A DNA stretch of 64,000 nucleotides from Camelus dromedarius (lineage: Eukaryota). Positions within the stretch are counted from its first letter, which is position 1, and each line of letters begins with the position of its first letter. Shown here in pieces: positions 38,476-51,720 of the stretch. The notes beneath the pieces were generated by a model. That model had not been told where the DNA came from. It made no database searches and saw only the letters and a list, made by a program, of their open reading frames with translations. The stretch is taken from contig NC_087437.1 of NCBI RefSeq assembly GCF_036321535.1, positions 94,614,001-94,678,000 of the forward strand, in the 5' to 3' direction. The position numbers were made by a program, and so were the translations under genes.

Positions 38476-40192
38476 AGTACTGAGCACATTTCCAAGCACT
38501 TTCCATTTATTATCTCATTTATTTTAAACAACTCTCTAAAGTATTTTTAATGGATGATTATTAATTAAAATTAAATACCTCACCCATAGTCACAAATCTA
38601 GTAATTGGTAGAGCAATGATTCAAACCCTGTAGTTTTCTGTACTCATTCTATTCTTTTCAATATATTCATCTAATTCTAGTATCTCCAAAACGTAAGAGG
38701 TGTATATGGTTGAGCTGATATAATTGCAGCAAACACGAATTAAAAAGAAGATAGTTCTCTGGTAATGATTGAACTTTATTTGTAAAAAGTGATACCCATA
38801 TTTAGACACACCACTTCCAATTTTTGTAGTAACAAGATATACAACTTTATAGCTAAATTGCCACATATCTTTACTTCCTTAAGATTTCCAAAAGTGAACT
38901 TTTTAAAAGCTTTTTAAACTTACCTCCAAAATTTCTTTCAGAAAATCTATTGCAATACTAATGTTCAATATATGAGACTAGAATATTTAATCATAAACTG
39001 GTTATTATCAGTTAAAAATTCATGCTTATAGCTGAAAATAGTATTTTTAATATGCATTTTTTGATGACTAAAAAGATGTATCAGACTTATAAATGCCTTT
39101 ACTATAACACTCTGGCAAATTGGGTATCTGTTCTTTTTAATCTTTTTTAAAAATTAAGCTCTTTTTATTTGTATTGGTTTAATACTCATGCTTATCATAT
39201 TAAAAATTAACACTTTATTATGCTGGAAATTCCCCTCCCCTTCTTTTCAACTACCTTTTATTTTTTCCCTATGAAAAATTTTATACTGTTTTGTTTTAAT
39301 ATTTCTACATTTTGAATCATTCTTAGGAAGTGCTTTTCTTCCTCAATATATCTATTTTTTCTTTCTTAGATGCATTTTTTATTGTCCTTTCTGTTCTTTC
39401 TTCTTTTTTAACATGGTGCCTCATTAATCCCCTGTACTTACTTTTGCAGAGTTACATCTTTGTAGCCATCTGGACGTGTGATACTTTTAAAGCCCTGCCC
39501 ACCTTTTGTACATACAGAACTTAAAATACAGCTATCCCCTCATCGATTTTTGAAGCACTCTTCAAAACGGATTATTCTTCCAAATCCTTGACACTCACTG
39601 TTGTAATGCAACAGTCAGAGAGAGTGAGGAGCTTCATGATAAGAAGGCAATAATTGTCTTGATATCTTGGAAGGGATGAACATCCTTAAGGAAACATCTT
39701 TGCAGTATCTTACTACCACACCCACTCCAGGTTCTTGTTGTGTGGTTAACTCTGTCTCTCTACCCATTAGCACTCCCTTCATTTTAGTGCTAATTAAATG
39801 TAATTTTAAGGAAAATAGATCAGTCTTGTATTTTGTCACTTTGGCTGTCCTCCTCCTGTTCCGTTTCACCTCCTTCTATGTGTAAACAAACAAACAAACA
39901 AGCAGATTTTCTCTTTTTTAAATTAAGATGTGAAGATGCATTTTTCCCCATCTGAAGCCTGTTAAATCCTAGAATCACCTAGTCACTCTGCTTTATGAAG
40001 AACTGAATGGTAGAAAACCATAATTCAGTTTTTTCTCAAGCCCTAAATTGTGAACCAGTTCAGAGTTCACCTTCGTCTTCCTCCTCTTGCCCTGCCCTTC
40101 CCAAGTGGGAGACAATGTTGAGGTTCTAGCATGGACTTGACAGCATCTGTGCCAGAGATCTGACTTGGGAGGACAAAGGAAGCCAAGGATAC

Positions 40193-40196
<4 letters not shown>

Positions 40197-40228
<32 letters not shown>

Positions 40229-40251
40229 ACACACACACAAACACACACACA
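40197..40251. repeat. (AC)n microsatellite, interrupted
   Basis: Directly visible. Confidence 0.95.
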
Positions 40252-43200
40252 GATTTTCTTTGATTTCATCTTATCTCACAATAATCTTTATAATCACCTT
40301 TTATAATAAAAATATTATTTGTAAATGAAAACAGCATTTATAACCAATAACATAGCACAATAGAAACTGATTACATAATTTAAGGATTCATGTTAAATTG
40401 AGTATAAGAATTATTTTGCAAAAAAAGATTAAATTGATGAGTGCCAGTTATATTTAGTTTGTATATAGTGAGGATTATGTTCTTCTAAATTGTTATATGT
40501 CTGTGACTATATGCCTTGAACATCATGAGGAAAATTAATCACTCTCCACTGGTTCTTCCAAAGTGAAATTCATCATTAGTGTTGAAATTTATGAATTTAT
40601 GCTTTCAGAATCTAGGCACCTAGTGTTACCTACTTAGTGACAGAGTCTTTGGAGTGGAAATATATTAAGCCATTATTTGTAGGGCATGAGAAAAATTAAC
40701 TCTGGGGAATATATTTACCTGAAGGGAAAGATACATAGGGAGCAAAAAAAGAAAAAAATAATAATCCTAACATAAGGCAAGAACTTTCCTGGAAAAATCT
40801 TTGTTTTTGTGGCATTTTAGATTTAGAAGCTTGAGGTTTATAAATATTCAGGAAAGAGAATATTGTGTGGATTAAAATGCATGTAAAGTTGATATAAAAA
40901 GCCACTAAAGCAACTATCTATTTAATAAATATTTAGTTAATGCTTACTAGGGGTTAGACATAATTTTCTACCTTGCCCACAAGGACTAAGAATTACATCT
41001 AAATTAGTACTACTGGTAGTTGTAACTTATTTGGGAAGAGAAAACTTCATGGCAGTTCTTAGTGTACTTTTTGTAGAATAAACTTACTTCACTTTGTACA
41101 ACAATCAGCTAAAAGTGGTTAAAAAAGAAGACATAGTGGAACAGAAGAGAACTAATGGCCATGGCTTTTTTCTCTTTAAACTATACAACCACTTACACAA
41201 CCACTTACCATGCTGTGTCTCTGACTCCAAAAAATACTCTATTGCTGCCTGCAGAACTTTTGTTGGTCATGCTGGGTTTGGGTATAATAGTGACTTTCTT
41301 GTTTCTCAGTAAACGTTTTGATGTTTGAAAGTAAGTTATGCTTGCTGTTAAGTCAACAGACTGAGCTAAAGGCTTCAGAAAAATGCTTAAAATTGCATCA
41401 TCAAAGGGCTAATGATTAAACTGTTATAAAGAACCAAATGCTTGACTGACTGTTAATCTTCAAGGCCATCTTACTTTTCCATTAGATATATTTGAACTAC
41501 TAATTAATAATCTCTTATTTCAAAGAGAGTGATAGGAATTAAAGATAACACATTACGAAAATCAAACTTAAAACTATGGTCAAGCATATTTCAACATGTA
41601 CTTACATAATGTTGGTGCATGAATGCAAAAAGAAACTTAGGAACAAGAAGCTTAAAGCTAGAGCTACTCAGCAGATAGTGCCTACAGGATAGAAAGAAAA
41701 GACATTAAGATAAGTGTAGTGCAGTTTGGATGTCTTTACTCCGGATATACAGATGGAAGCTTAGTTATATGGAATTTTTGGATATTTTTACAGAATGTCA
41801 TGTTTGGTATTTAGTAATCGTCAGTAAAGCTATATTTATGCAATGTTCAAATATGAACTCTTTTTTAAATAATTGGAAATTATTAGTTGTTACCATATAG
41901 ACATTATAGCAGAAAGAGCTCATATTTGGACTAATCCTTCAAGCAGTTGTGTTGATAGCATAGAGAAATAGCCAATATATCTCTATTGATAGACTTTGGA
42001 GATTTGATTTGAGCAACTCATAAATCAAATAGCTCTTCCCAGTATCTACAATTGAAATGTAGGAAAATTACCCAGAACCCTACAATTGAAGTAATTGTAA
42101 TGACAGATGTAAGGGAATTTCAGGTGAGTGTTTAAATGTCTCTTTGAAATGCTTTACTACTGACATATTTTACCTGTATTTTAGAACCTGTTTTCAAATG
42201 AATCCAAAATTACTCTTAGCATCTCTCCCTGAAACCACTTACCTTACTATTATGACATTTTACTTTTTTAAAAACGAGGTACCTTTCTAGTCTTGTAAAA
42301 AAAAAATATGCAGGAAATGGCAGAACAGTCAAGCCATCTGGCCCATAATGAGCTGCATTAACTGAAAAGTAAAGATTGATGTTAAGTGTTGCACTTCACC
42401 TGTTCCACAGAGGTGAGTGTTAAATCTCAGTCTAGCTTCAGGCCCTACTTCTTGTGTTATAATGAGTCACTCTAAAGAGCAACACTGCTTGCTCTGTTGC
42501 AAAAGTCTTCTGTGTGCATATTTTAGCCTTTTTTACAAGGTGTGAAGTGAAACTCAACTCGCTGAGAAGTTTTTAATAACGTCGACCAATTAGGTAATAA
42601 ATAAGAAAAGATATTCAGAGTGAGCATATTAAGCTGTAATCCCTCTTGAAAAATAGGATACTGAGAATGTTTCCTGAGAAACCCTTACCAACCTCTGAAA
42701 ACTAGTTTTGCTGACTTTCGCCAGGGGTGTCGATCAGGTTGACTGAAGAGTCAAAGCAGAAAAAGAAAAGGGGCATTCTGATATCCCATATGTTTATCAA
42801 CAGAGTCTGTGTTTGACTTCACTTCTGCTACCCACAGAGCAAGCTGGTGTCAGCTACTCCTAAAGAGCATGTTTGAGTTGAAACCTTTCAACTGATTCTG
42901 AGAGAGTCATTCTTTAAGTGAGAACTGATGAAACAAATGTAAAAACAGATGAGATGAATGGATGTGACATAATGTGAGTTTCAAGTACAAAATAATCAAA
43001 TAAGTGAGGGAAAATAATAGTGTAAAGATGAACAAATTATCCACTTTGGAATTTTCTTGGGCCCTAGTTCATAGAAATTATAGCTTCTGACCACTTTTTT
43101 TTTTGCAGGAATTTTTATTCTTTCTTTACCTTTAAATGACATCTCCTTATCTCATGCTCAAACATATTACTAGGAATGTGAAGCTGTCTGTCAACTGAAA

Positions 43201-44084
43201 GATGGGGCGAATAAATAGCTTCTGTGTGCCTGATGTTTGCATTTTTATTTTTTCCTTCAATTTATGGCTATAAATCAAAGCTCACGTCAAGTATAGTAGA
43301 TTTCCCTTGTTAACATGAAGGAGAATAACTGAATGCATAGTCATCTAAAAATAGTATGTCAAGGAAAAAACAAAATGCCTTGTCAGAGGAATAGAAAATA
43401 AACACTTACAGCACTATTTTCCTGTCTTTATTTCTCAATAATAGTATGCTTCCATGTTTGATTTTTCTTCCTCATGTAATGAAATTGCTTCCATTACTCT
43501 CTATGGCAAGCTGTATTAATGTTTTAACAAAATAAACTTAAATATAGTTAAACAGACTAGAACATTTCTCAGCAAAATATTTTTGAAAAGCCAAATGGAC
43601 TTTAGCTGAGAGTCAGACTTTTTTTTTTTTTTGCAAAATTATATCTCATCTCATTAATTTGCTCAGGCTGACCAAGGACAGGGAGGGGTCTCTATCATAT
43701 CAGAAATGTTTAGAAGGGACTGAGCAGTTGGAATCCATAATTACTGCAAAATGTATCACTCATGGTTGCTGTTGTCTGATCCTTCTTCTATGGCTTTGTC
43801 TCGTACATAAAGATGAAATTGCTTCTGAGATTTAGTGCAGTCTTTTGAGCAGCTAGCTTGCTTTGTCCTTGGATAGTTATTTCCTCCCAGTTTCTTATCT
43901 AGTCTGGCCCTTTGACCATCTAATGTCTCCGGCTGTGATTTATTCTAGGCTTGCTAATTCTCTGTCCTGAGTTTTCAGTACTTGACTTTTGAGGTGGGTC
44001 TGAACCCTGAACAGCTCTTTAAAACTACTAGTATTGGCAGTTTCTGGCTCTCTCCCTTGTAACTACCCAACCTGTTTTTCTCTC

Positions 44085-44225
44085 AGTAATTCTTAAACTT
44101 CAATATGCTCAAAGTTTTTTGTTTTGTTTTGTTTTGTTTTTTTAAACACATAGTGTAGAGCTACAACCTCAGAGATTCTGTGCTGGGTGGTCTGGATTGG
44201 ATCCCAGAAATCTGCATTTTTTAAA
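44085..44225. mobile_element. MER5-like hAT-Charlie fragment containing (GTTTT)n
   Basis: 'cctcagagattctg...ggtctggattggatcccagaaatctgcattttttaa'. Confidence 0.65.
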
Positions 44226-45424
44226 AATTTATTCAGTGGCAATATGGACTTTTGTTTAAAGCAAAATGTGTTAACTGCTTATGTATTTGTCTACAGACTA
44301 TTGCCTGACTTTCCTTTTCTTGACTTCTAGAAAGAATTAACTTACAGACTTTTTATCTATTTTATGCATACTAATTAAGGCACTCAAACATACCTTGATT
44401 GAAGAGACTGAAATGATTATATGCATTTTTCTATTGTATTATCAATGTACACATTTATTTGATTTTTGCTCTTTTAGCAGGTACATCCAATATGTACACA
44501 GGAGTTTTCCCTTATGTTCTAATTAGAGTGTATCTATTAATAGATCCTTTGTAATGAATTTTTATTTCTGAATTAACATTTAGTCCGTGTTCCTTTCTGA
44601 TCCTCTAGAAAATGAATATTACCAATTTCTAATAAACCAAACAACTTATTTTGTTGACTTTTCCCAATTTGGTAAAACGTTTGAAGTGATACAAGATTTT
44701 CCCTGATTTATTTGTGTCTGAGGAGCTCCCTACAAATACTGCTAAATCTTGTAGGTAGAAATTGTTATATTCTCTGAAGGCTTAGGTGCAAATAAGGGAA
44801 GAGAACCAAGAGGGGAGTTATCATCAAACCAGGTATATGATGGCTAATTCACTCAATCACAGTTTCTTTAAAAGTGCATAACTTCTCAGGCAGTAACAGT
44901 TTGATACTCATGGAAGCCACTACATTTATCCTTACTTAATTATATGATAACAGTGACTGATTTTTAAAATCACTAATCTTTCTTTTTGAAATTAATAAAA
45001 GAAAAAAGTTCTTATCAACTTTGGTGTTTAAATGGCATCTCATATCATGGTAGAGAGCTACTCTCTGCAGAAACATAAACTTGGGTTCTAAGGTGGGGGG
45101 CATGCATACCCTCTCATAGACAAGGAAGACTGAAACATAGTGGAGGACAAATACCAAGCATGATCAACCAATTAACTGGTGCTTAGTCATAACTGCTAAT
45201 GCTATGAAAATACTAGGTTCTGTAAAAGACACCTACAAACATGAGAAAAATAAATGAACAGAATTACCGAAGAGATTGAACACAGAGGTGCTAAGAACAG
45301 TGTAAAGATGTGATTAGAATGATGTGCTATATTTGGAGAAAACTTCCTGCTACAGATACATATTGCTTCTGTGTTAAAAATCATGCTTATATCACAATTC
45401 ATTTGAATTTTTTGACTAGACTAT

Positions 45425-45660
45425 AGATTAATAAGAGTATAAAATCTTAAACCACCACTTATTTCTAATGCTGGTCACCTCGCCTTTAACTTGTAAGGTC
45501 TTGGACAAGATGCTTAACTTAAACTTGCTGCAGTATACTGGTCTGTAAAATGGAGCTAATAATAGTGCCTACTTCATAGGGTTGCTCAAGGGATAAGTCA
45601 CTCAGCTTATCTAACATTCTTAGAGTACCTAGCATATTATAACAACTCAGTGTGTGTTAC
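45425..45660 (+). mobile_element. MIR SINE followed by a (GTA)n-rich tail to ~45770
   Basis: 'tctgtaaaatggagctaataatagtgcctacttcatagggttgct'. Confidence 0.8.
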
Positions 45661-46159
45661 TTCTCAGTCGTAGTCATCCCAGTATTACTAGTAAAAGTAA
45701 TTGTCGTAGTAGTAGTAGCAGTAATAGAAATGGTCTTAGTAGTAAGAGTAGTGGTGGTGGCAGTAGCTGCAAGACCAGTAGAGCAGTGGGACAGTTTATC
45801 CGGACAACCCAGGCCCACGGATTTGCCATTGACAGAGGGTGAAGGAGTTCAACAAGCTGTATCTTACAGTATAATTAATATCACCTAGTGACTCGGATTA
45901 AAAGAATAAGCAACTCAACAAAGTATACGTGCATATAACCTTAGCATACTTCAGGACTGTTTTGGGTTTTTTTTAAAAGATTAATCTTTTTAGCTTTATA
46001 TTTACAATTCTCAAGTATAAGCATTTGGTTCAAACTAACTCATGTTGTAGTCAAATCAATTTAATCCTTCCACGCTGGAAGTTTATTGCTTTTGGTTAAG
46101 CCTTAAGCAAATAAATTAAATTTTATAACAATCTATGGTATAAAACAATAGATCTGAAG

Positions 46160-46830
46160 TCTTAAGAGACGCTAAGAGCTTATGTTGTTGAACCCCCCTC
46201 CAACACTTGAATCCTTGCTTCAGTGCCACTAGTTTTGTTCAGATAAAAGCTGAACACCTGTTAATGATATCACTATCCATTCCATTGTTAACAGTTTTGT
46301 TTGTTAGGAGATACTTCTGTGGAACGCTCTCTGTAGAGCCACTGAAAACAAGCGTAGTGCTCGGCTTTGGGAAATGGCCCCACAGCATTGGCCATCATCT
46401 CTCACGTCCCTCACTCTCTGTTGTCTAAACCATGCAGTCTCATTTCTTCAGTGAGACTCATGATGGGCATATGATATTGCCTGGTCTTACTGCTTGTCTT
46501 TCTTTTGGGAATCAGCCCAGTTTGTCAGCATTCGTACTAAGTTGTAAACTATCAACTCTCTTTCTGGACTGTCTTTCTTCCTGTTAAACCCAAGCTCATT
46601 ATTAGTTTAATTTTCTTCTGTTTGTCTAACTTTATGTTTGCATTTATGTTACACTGTTGAGTAAAATTAAATGCATAGTCAGCAATCGCTTCTAAGTCTT
46701 CTCCCTTGTGCTCCTTTACCGTGCGTTTTTATCTTCCTAGTACTTGGACAGCTAATATTTCAGGCTCATTTTCAGGATTTCACCTTACAAGTGGCCATTT
46801 GATTCTTTGTCTCACATGCTTCCACGCTGA
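46160..46830 (-). mobile_element. L3/CR1 LINE fossil
   Basis: Antisense CR1 3'-end-like blocks: 'ccattccattgttaacagttttgtttgttaggagatacttc' and 'cccagtttgtcagcattcgtactaagttgt'. Confidence 0.55.
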
Positions 46831-48769
46831 CCTGCTGAGTAGGTCAAGGCACCGACCAGTTGATACCTCCCTCTAATCAGTTTGTCACCATGATATCGTA
46901 TTAGAGTTATTATAACAGGATTTTAAATTATGAAGTATATTGTCAAGTTAAATAAATTTTCCTGTTGATTTAAAGTTTACATAGTTTCCTTGTTTTTAAA
47001 AAATCTAGAACAAATTAAAAAGTGTAAGATATTTATTCTTAAACCAAGAAGACTAGATTAGGAGAGTAAAAGGTCAACTTAAATATACTGATATGGTCTA
47101 AAATGTAGAGCTGCACAGCCATATTGATTTTCTGCAAGTTCACTGGGGCATATTCTTATAATATCTTTAGCAAGCACATCCAGAACAAATATAAACTATG
47201 GTTTGTAAATAAACAGATGTGCTCCAAAATTACTGTGACAGCTTGGTGGGGGAAAAAAAATCCTCCATTTATCGTATTTTAATTAAGTTTTGTACATATC
47301 TATTATAAGTAACACTAATTGCATCATGATCTCATTTATTTTAAAACACTAAAAACAGGCTATAATGTATATGATGCCAAATTCAAGTGACTGTTCAAAT
47401 AATGTGCTGAAATATTATTAGACAGGACATGTTGCATGGTAAAACTTCAAACATTTATTTTGGGAAAGATGATTTGCAATTGTGGACTCATAATTTGATT
47501 TATGATACATGAAATTATAGAGGATTGTAGGGATCTGGAAAATTTACTTTTGATGTTATCCCACAGAAGTAAAATTTTGAATTCAGCACTTACGTTAACT
47601 CAAGATTTGTTAAGAATAAAGAGGCACAAATGGTAAAATAAAAAGGCAGGATGAGACATTTATGTTCTTGTAGGTAATAGAGGAAAGGCAAAAATAATGA
47701 GAGAAAACAATTTCTGTATTATTCAGGAAAAATAATCAAATCAGAAATGAATATACTCTATGAAAATCACTATGCACATAATTCTACTCATGAGTTTCCA
47801 AGGATGAACAAGACCATTGATGTGAGTTTTCTGGTGTCATCCTCGTAATTTTTGAAATAAAAACTTCAGAAGTTCACTCTGGGGTTAAATAATGAGGTTC
47901 AATATATTTATATATAGCACATACAATTTATTAATATATTGTATGTGAATATTATATGTACATTAATTTGGATATGACATTAATAAATATGTATAACATT
48001 TTGTGTTGAGCAGAAGGAAGTAGGGTATTTGCACCAGTTACCAGTCCCCAGGAAGGACTCTAAACACTTCTGAGTGTCTGAATGTTGCATCTTGGTACTG
48101 GAGTCACCAAGGAAAATGTAGCACAGTCAGGAACTGGATGGAACAATGCTTTGCTTACATAGAAAAGAGACAGAGCAAGACTAGTTGTAGTAGGTGCAGC
48201 CCTCCACCATGGCCAGCGGGTCACTGTGTGTCTTGTGCTGCAGTGGAAGAACCCAGTCCATTCCCCGTGGGGGACAGACGTAACAGTGGGGTTGCCTAAG
48301 TGCCACATGACACGCACGCTTCCAGCAGAGGCAAAAGACCATTCATTGAGCCTGAAACAGGGAAAGATAATCCCACAGGAGGTGATAAGCCCAGCACAGG
48401 CTGTCCGGGCTTTCTATCTCTTAGGAAGGAAGTGTTGCAGACTCACTCAATACCCAGTCTTACTTGGCCAGGTGGGAGCCAAGAGACTCCATGCACAAGA
48501 CTGCCTTTCCCAACATTTGAACATAAATAAAAAAGTAATGAATGGGGTTCCAAGGTTGAAATAACTAGATAGTAGATGGGCATTTATGTGTGTGTGTAAG
48601 TAACTGCTATAAGGCCCAGTGGATACAGCAGGAGTGACAGTACTAAAACAGACACTACTCCTGAGGTTATCAACAACTGAGGTTAAAAAACAATCATCTT
48701 CTGCCACTTAGGATCCTCCTGGCTCCACTCTTCTTGGATAACGTTTCCCTCACTAACTTCCTGCCATCA

Positions 48770-51720
48770 CATCACCATTTTTTGTGTGTGTTAATCTTTC
48801 TCCTGCTTTTTCTTACGACTTTAGCATGCATGAATTGTTTACTTTGTCAGTTGTTAAGCTTAAGATGAAGAGAATCATATTTTATGTATTCGTCCATGAC
48901 TCCTTCCTCTCAACACTACTACTGATATTTATTTCTGATGATGCACACAGCATTATTGAATTGCTATTATTCCTATGTGGTACTCAACAGAAAACACTAC
49001 ATTTTATGTATCCTTCTCATCATTCATGGACATTTTATTTTCCGTTATTTTTAAATAATGGAGTTTAAACAGTGATGCCACCTGTTGATAGATATAAATA
49101 TTTGAATTTGAGTTCAAAAAATTAAAAGTTCAAACAAAGCTTTTTGATATTGTAATATTTATCTCCTGGTGTTCATGTTCAAGAGCGTCTTTGAAATAAA
49201 AATCTAGGAATAAAATTGCTTGTTGTAGGACATACGAATGTTCAAATGTCTTAGGTGATACAAAATCTTTCCAAAGTTCTTGTTTAAATTTACACTTTTG
49301 CCCACAGTGGATGAGAATGTCAGCTTCTCAGTATCCTGGCAAACTCTTGGTATTGACTAGCTTTTATATTTTTGTCAATCTGATAATTGTGAAATGGTTC
49401 CATTATAGTTTTAATGTGCATTTACTTTTTTTTTCCAATCATTCCTTTTTTAAAAATTGAAATACAGTCAACTTACAATGTGTTAAGTTCTGGTGTACAG
49501 CATAGTGATGAACTTATACACATACAGATTTATATTTCTTTTCATATTTTTTCATTATAGGCCATTAAAAGATATTGAATATAGTTCCCTGTGCTGTATA
49601 GTAGGACCTTGTTGTTTATCTATTTTATATATAGTAGTTGGTATCTGCAAATCCTAAACTCCCAATTTATCCCTTCCCACTTCTTTTTCCCCCTGGTAAC
49701 CATAAGTTTGTTTTCTATGTCTGTGAGTCTGTCTCTGTTTTGTAAATAAGTTCACTTGTGTCCTTTTTTTCCCCAAATTCCACATATAAGTGAAATCATA
49801 TGGTATTTTCCTTTCTCTTTATTGGCTTACTTCACTTACTATGACAATCTCCAGGTTCATCCATGTTAGATGTTGCTGCAAATGGCATTAGCTTATTTTT
49901 TTATGGCTGAGTAGTATTCCATTGTGTGTGTTTGTATGTATGTGTGTATATGTATATACCCCAACTTCTTTATCCAGTCATCCGTTGATGGACATTTAGG
50001 TTGCTTCCATGTCTAGGCTATTGTAAATAGTGATGCTATGAACAGTGAGGTGCATTTATCTTTTCGAATTAGAGTTTCCTCCAGATATATGCCCAAGAGT
50101 GGAACTACTGATCATAGAGTATGTCTATTTTTAGTTTTTTAAGGAATCTCCTACTGTTTTTCCTTAGTCAGTGCACCAAACTACATTCCTATCAACACTA
50201 GAGGAGGGTTCACTTTTCTCCACACCATCTCCAGCATTTATTGTTTGTAGGCTTTGAATAATGGCCATTCTGACCAGTGTGAGGTGATACGTCATTGTAG
50301 TTTTGATTTGCATTTGTCTGATAATTAGCAATATTGACTATTTTTTCATGTGCCTATTGGCCACTTGTATGTCTTCATTGGAGAAATGTTTGTTTAGATC
50401 TTCTCCCTATTTTTGGATGGGTTGTTTGGGGATTTTTTGTTACTAAGTTGTATGAGCTATTTGTATATTCTAGAGATTAAGCCCTTGTCAGCTGCATGAT
50501 TTGCAAATATTTTCTCCATTATGTAGGTTGTCCTTCCATTTTCTTTATGGTGTCCTTTGCTGTGCAAAAGCTTTTGACTTTATAGTGTCTTTTTGCTTTA
50601 TACTGTCTTGTTTTATGTTTAAGTCTTTAAGGCATTTTGAGCTTATGTTTGTGTATAGTGTGTTCTAACTTCATTGATTTACATACAGCTATCCAGCTTT
50701 CCCAACACTGCTTGTTGAAGAGACTGTCTTTTCTCCACTGCAAATGTGCATTTTCTTAATTGCTCTTTACATGTGTATGGGTCATTTGGATGTCTTTTTA
50801 AACTAAATATATAAAAATTTTAAAAGTTCTTTTGTTTGCCATTTTATTTTAGATTATTAGCAGTTCTTTCTTTAGCCTTTGCATAAATATTATGTACATA
50901 ATATCTTCTCTTGGTTTGTGATTTCTTTTTAGTCTCTTTATGATGTCTTTTCATGAAAATACATTATTAATATAGCTGAAATTAACAACCTGTCTATATA
51001 ATTTGTAATTGTGTCATTTGTTTAAGAAATGTTTCATCTCATAGTGATAAATATATTCTGTATTATCTCTTCAAGTTTTATCATTTGGGCTTATAGTTAA
51101 ATGCTTAATTCACCTAGAATAGATTTTTTATGATTGGTATAAATTTGGGATTCTTTAATTTTTTTCATGTGGACAGCCAATTATGCTGCCTTTATTTACT
51201 GTAAAGTTCATCTTTTTCTTCCCTGTCTGCAATGCCCACTTACATATCAAGATTCCATATATGCCTACTTTTCCTCCTCTGTTCTTCACCCCATTTCATA
51301 CAGAAGTTTTTCTATTTCAGTAATAAAACCATTGTCACAGGTGGAATAAGTTTTTATATTCAGTAGGATAAATTCTCCATCTTGTTATATTCTTTGCACA
51401 TGTAGATTTTAGAATGTTTGTCAAGTTCAATGGAAAATGCTAAGAGGATTTTCATTGATAATGTATTGAATCTTAGTTCAATTTGTTGAAATATCGTATC
51501 ATTGTTACATTCATTATTTTAACAAAATGTGTACTGTATATTTCTCCATTTATTTAGGTATTCTTTAATATCTTTCTATAAAACATTTTCATTTTTTCCT
51601 TAAAGATCACATATATCTTTTTAAAAATTACATCTAGGTACTTACTGATTTTCATTATTTTTGTAATTGGTGTTGCTAACATTTTTAAAAAGGTGACTTT
51701 GTTAAACTATTTTTATTCTA
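48770..51720 (-). mobile_element. Ancient L1 (L1ME/L1MC-like) split by a younger L1
   Basis: Degenerate antisense L1 on both sides of the nested copy, e.g. 'ttttgtcaatctgataattgtgaaatgg' and 'gattttcattgataatgtattgaatct'. Confidence 0.7.
49428..50742 (-). mobile_element. Younger artiodactyl/camelid L1, 5'-truncated, with TSDs
   Basis: Its 3' UTR is the reverse complement counterpart of the 12261-12595 copy ('atagttccctgtgctgtatagtaggacc', 'ttctatgtctgtgagtctgt'). TSD aatgtgcattt(a/t)ctt at 49413-49427 and 50743-50757. Confidence 0.9.

Noticed and set aside
45652..45888. Val-rich and Ser-rich ORFs
   Set aside because: Products of a (GTA)n-rich simple repeat at a MIR tail.
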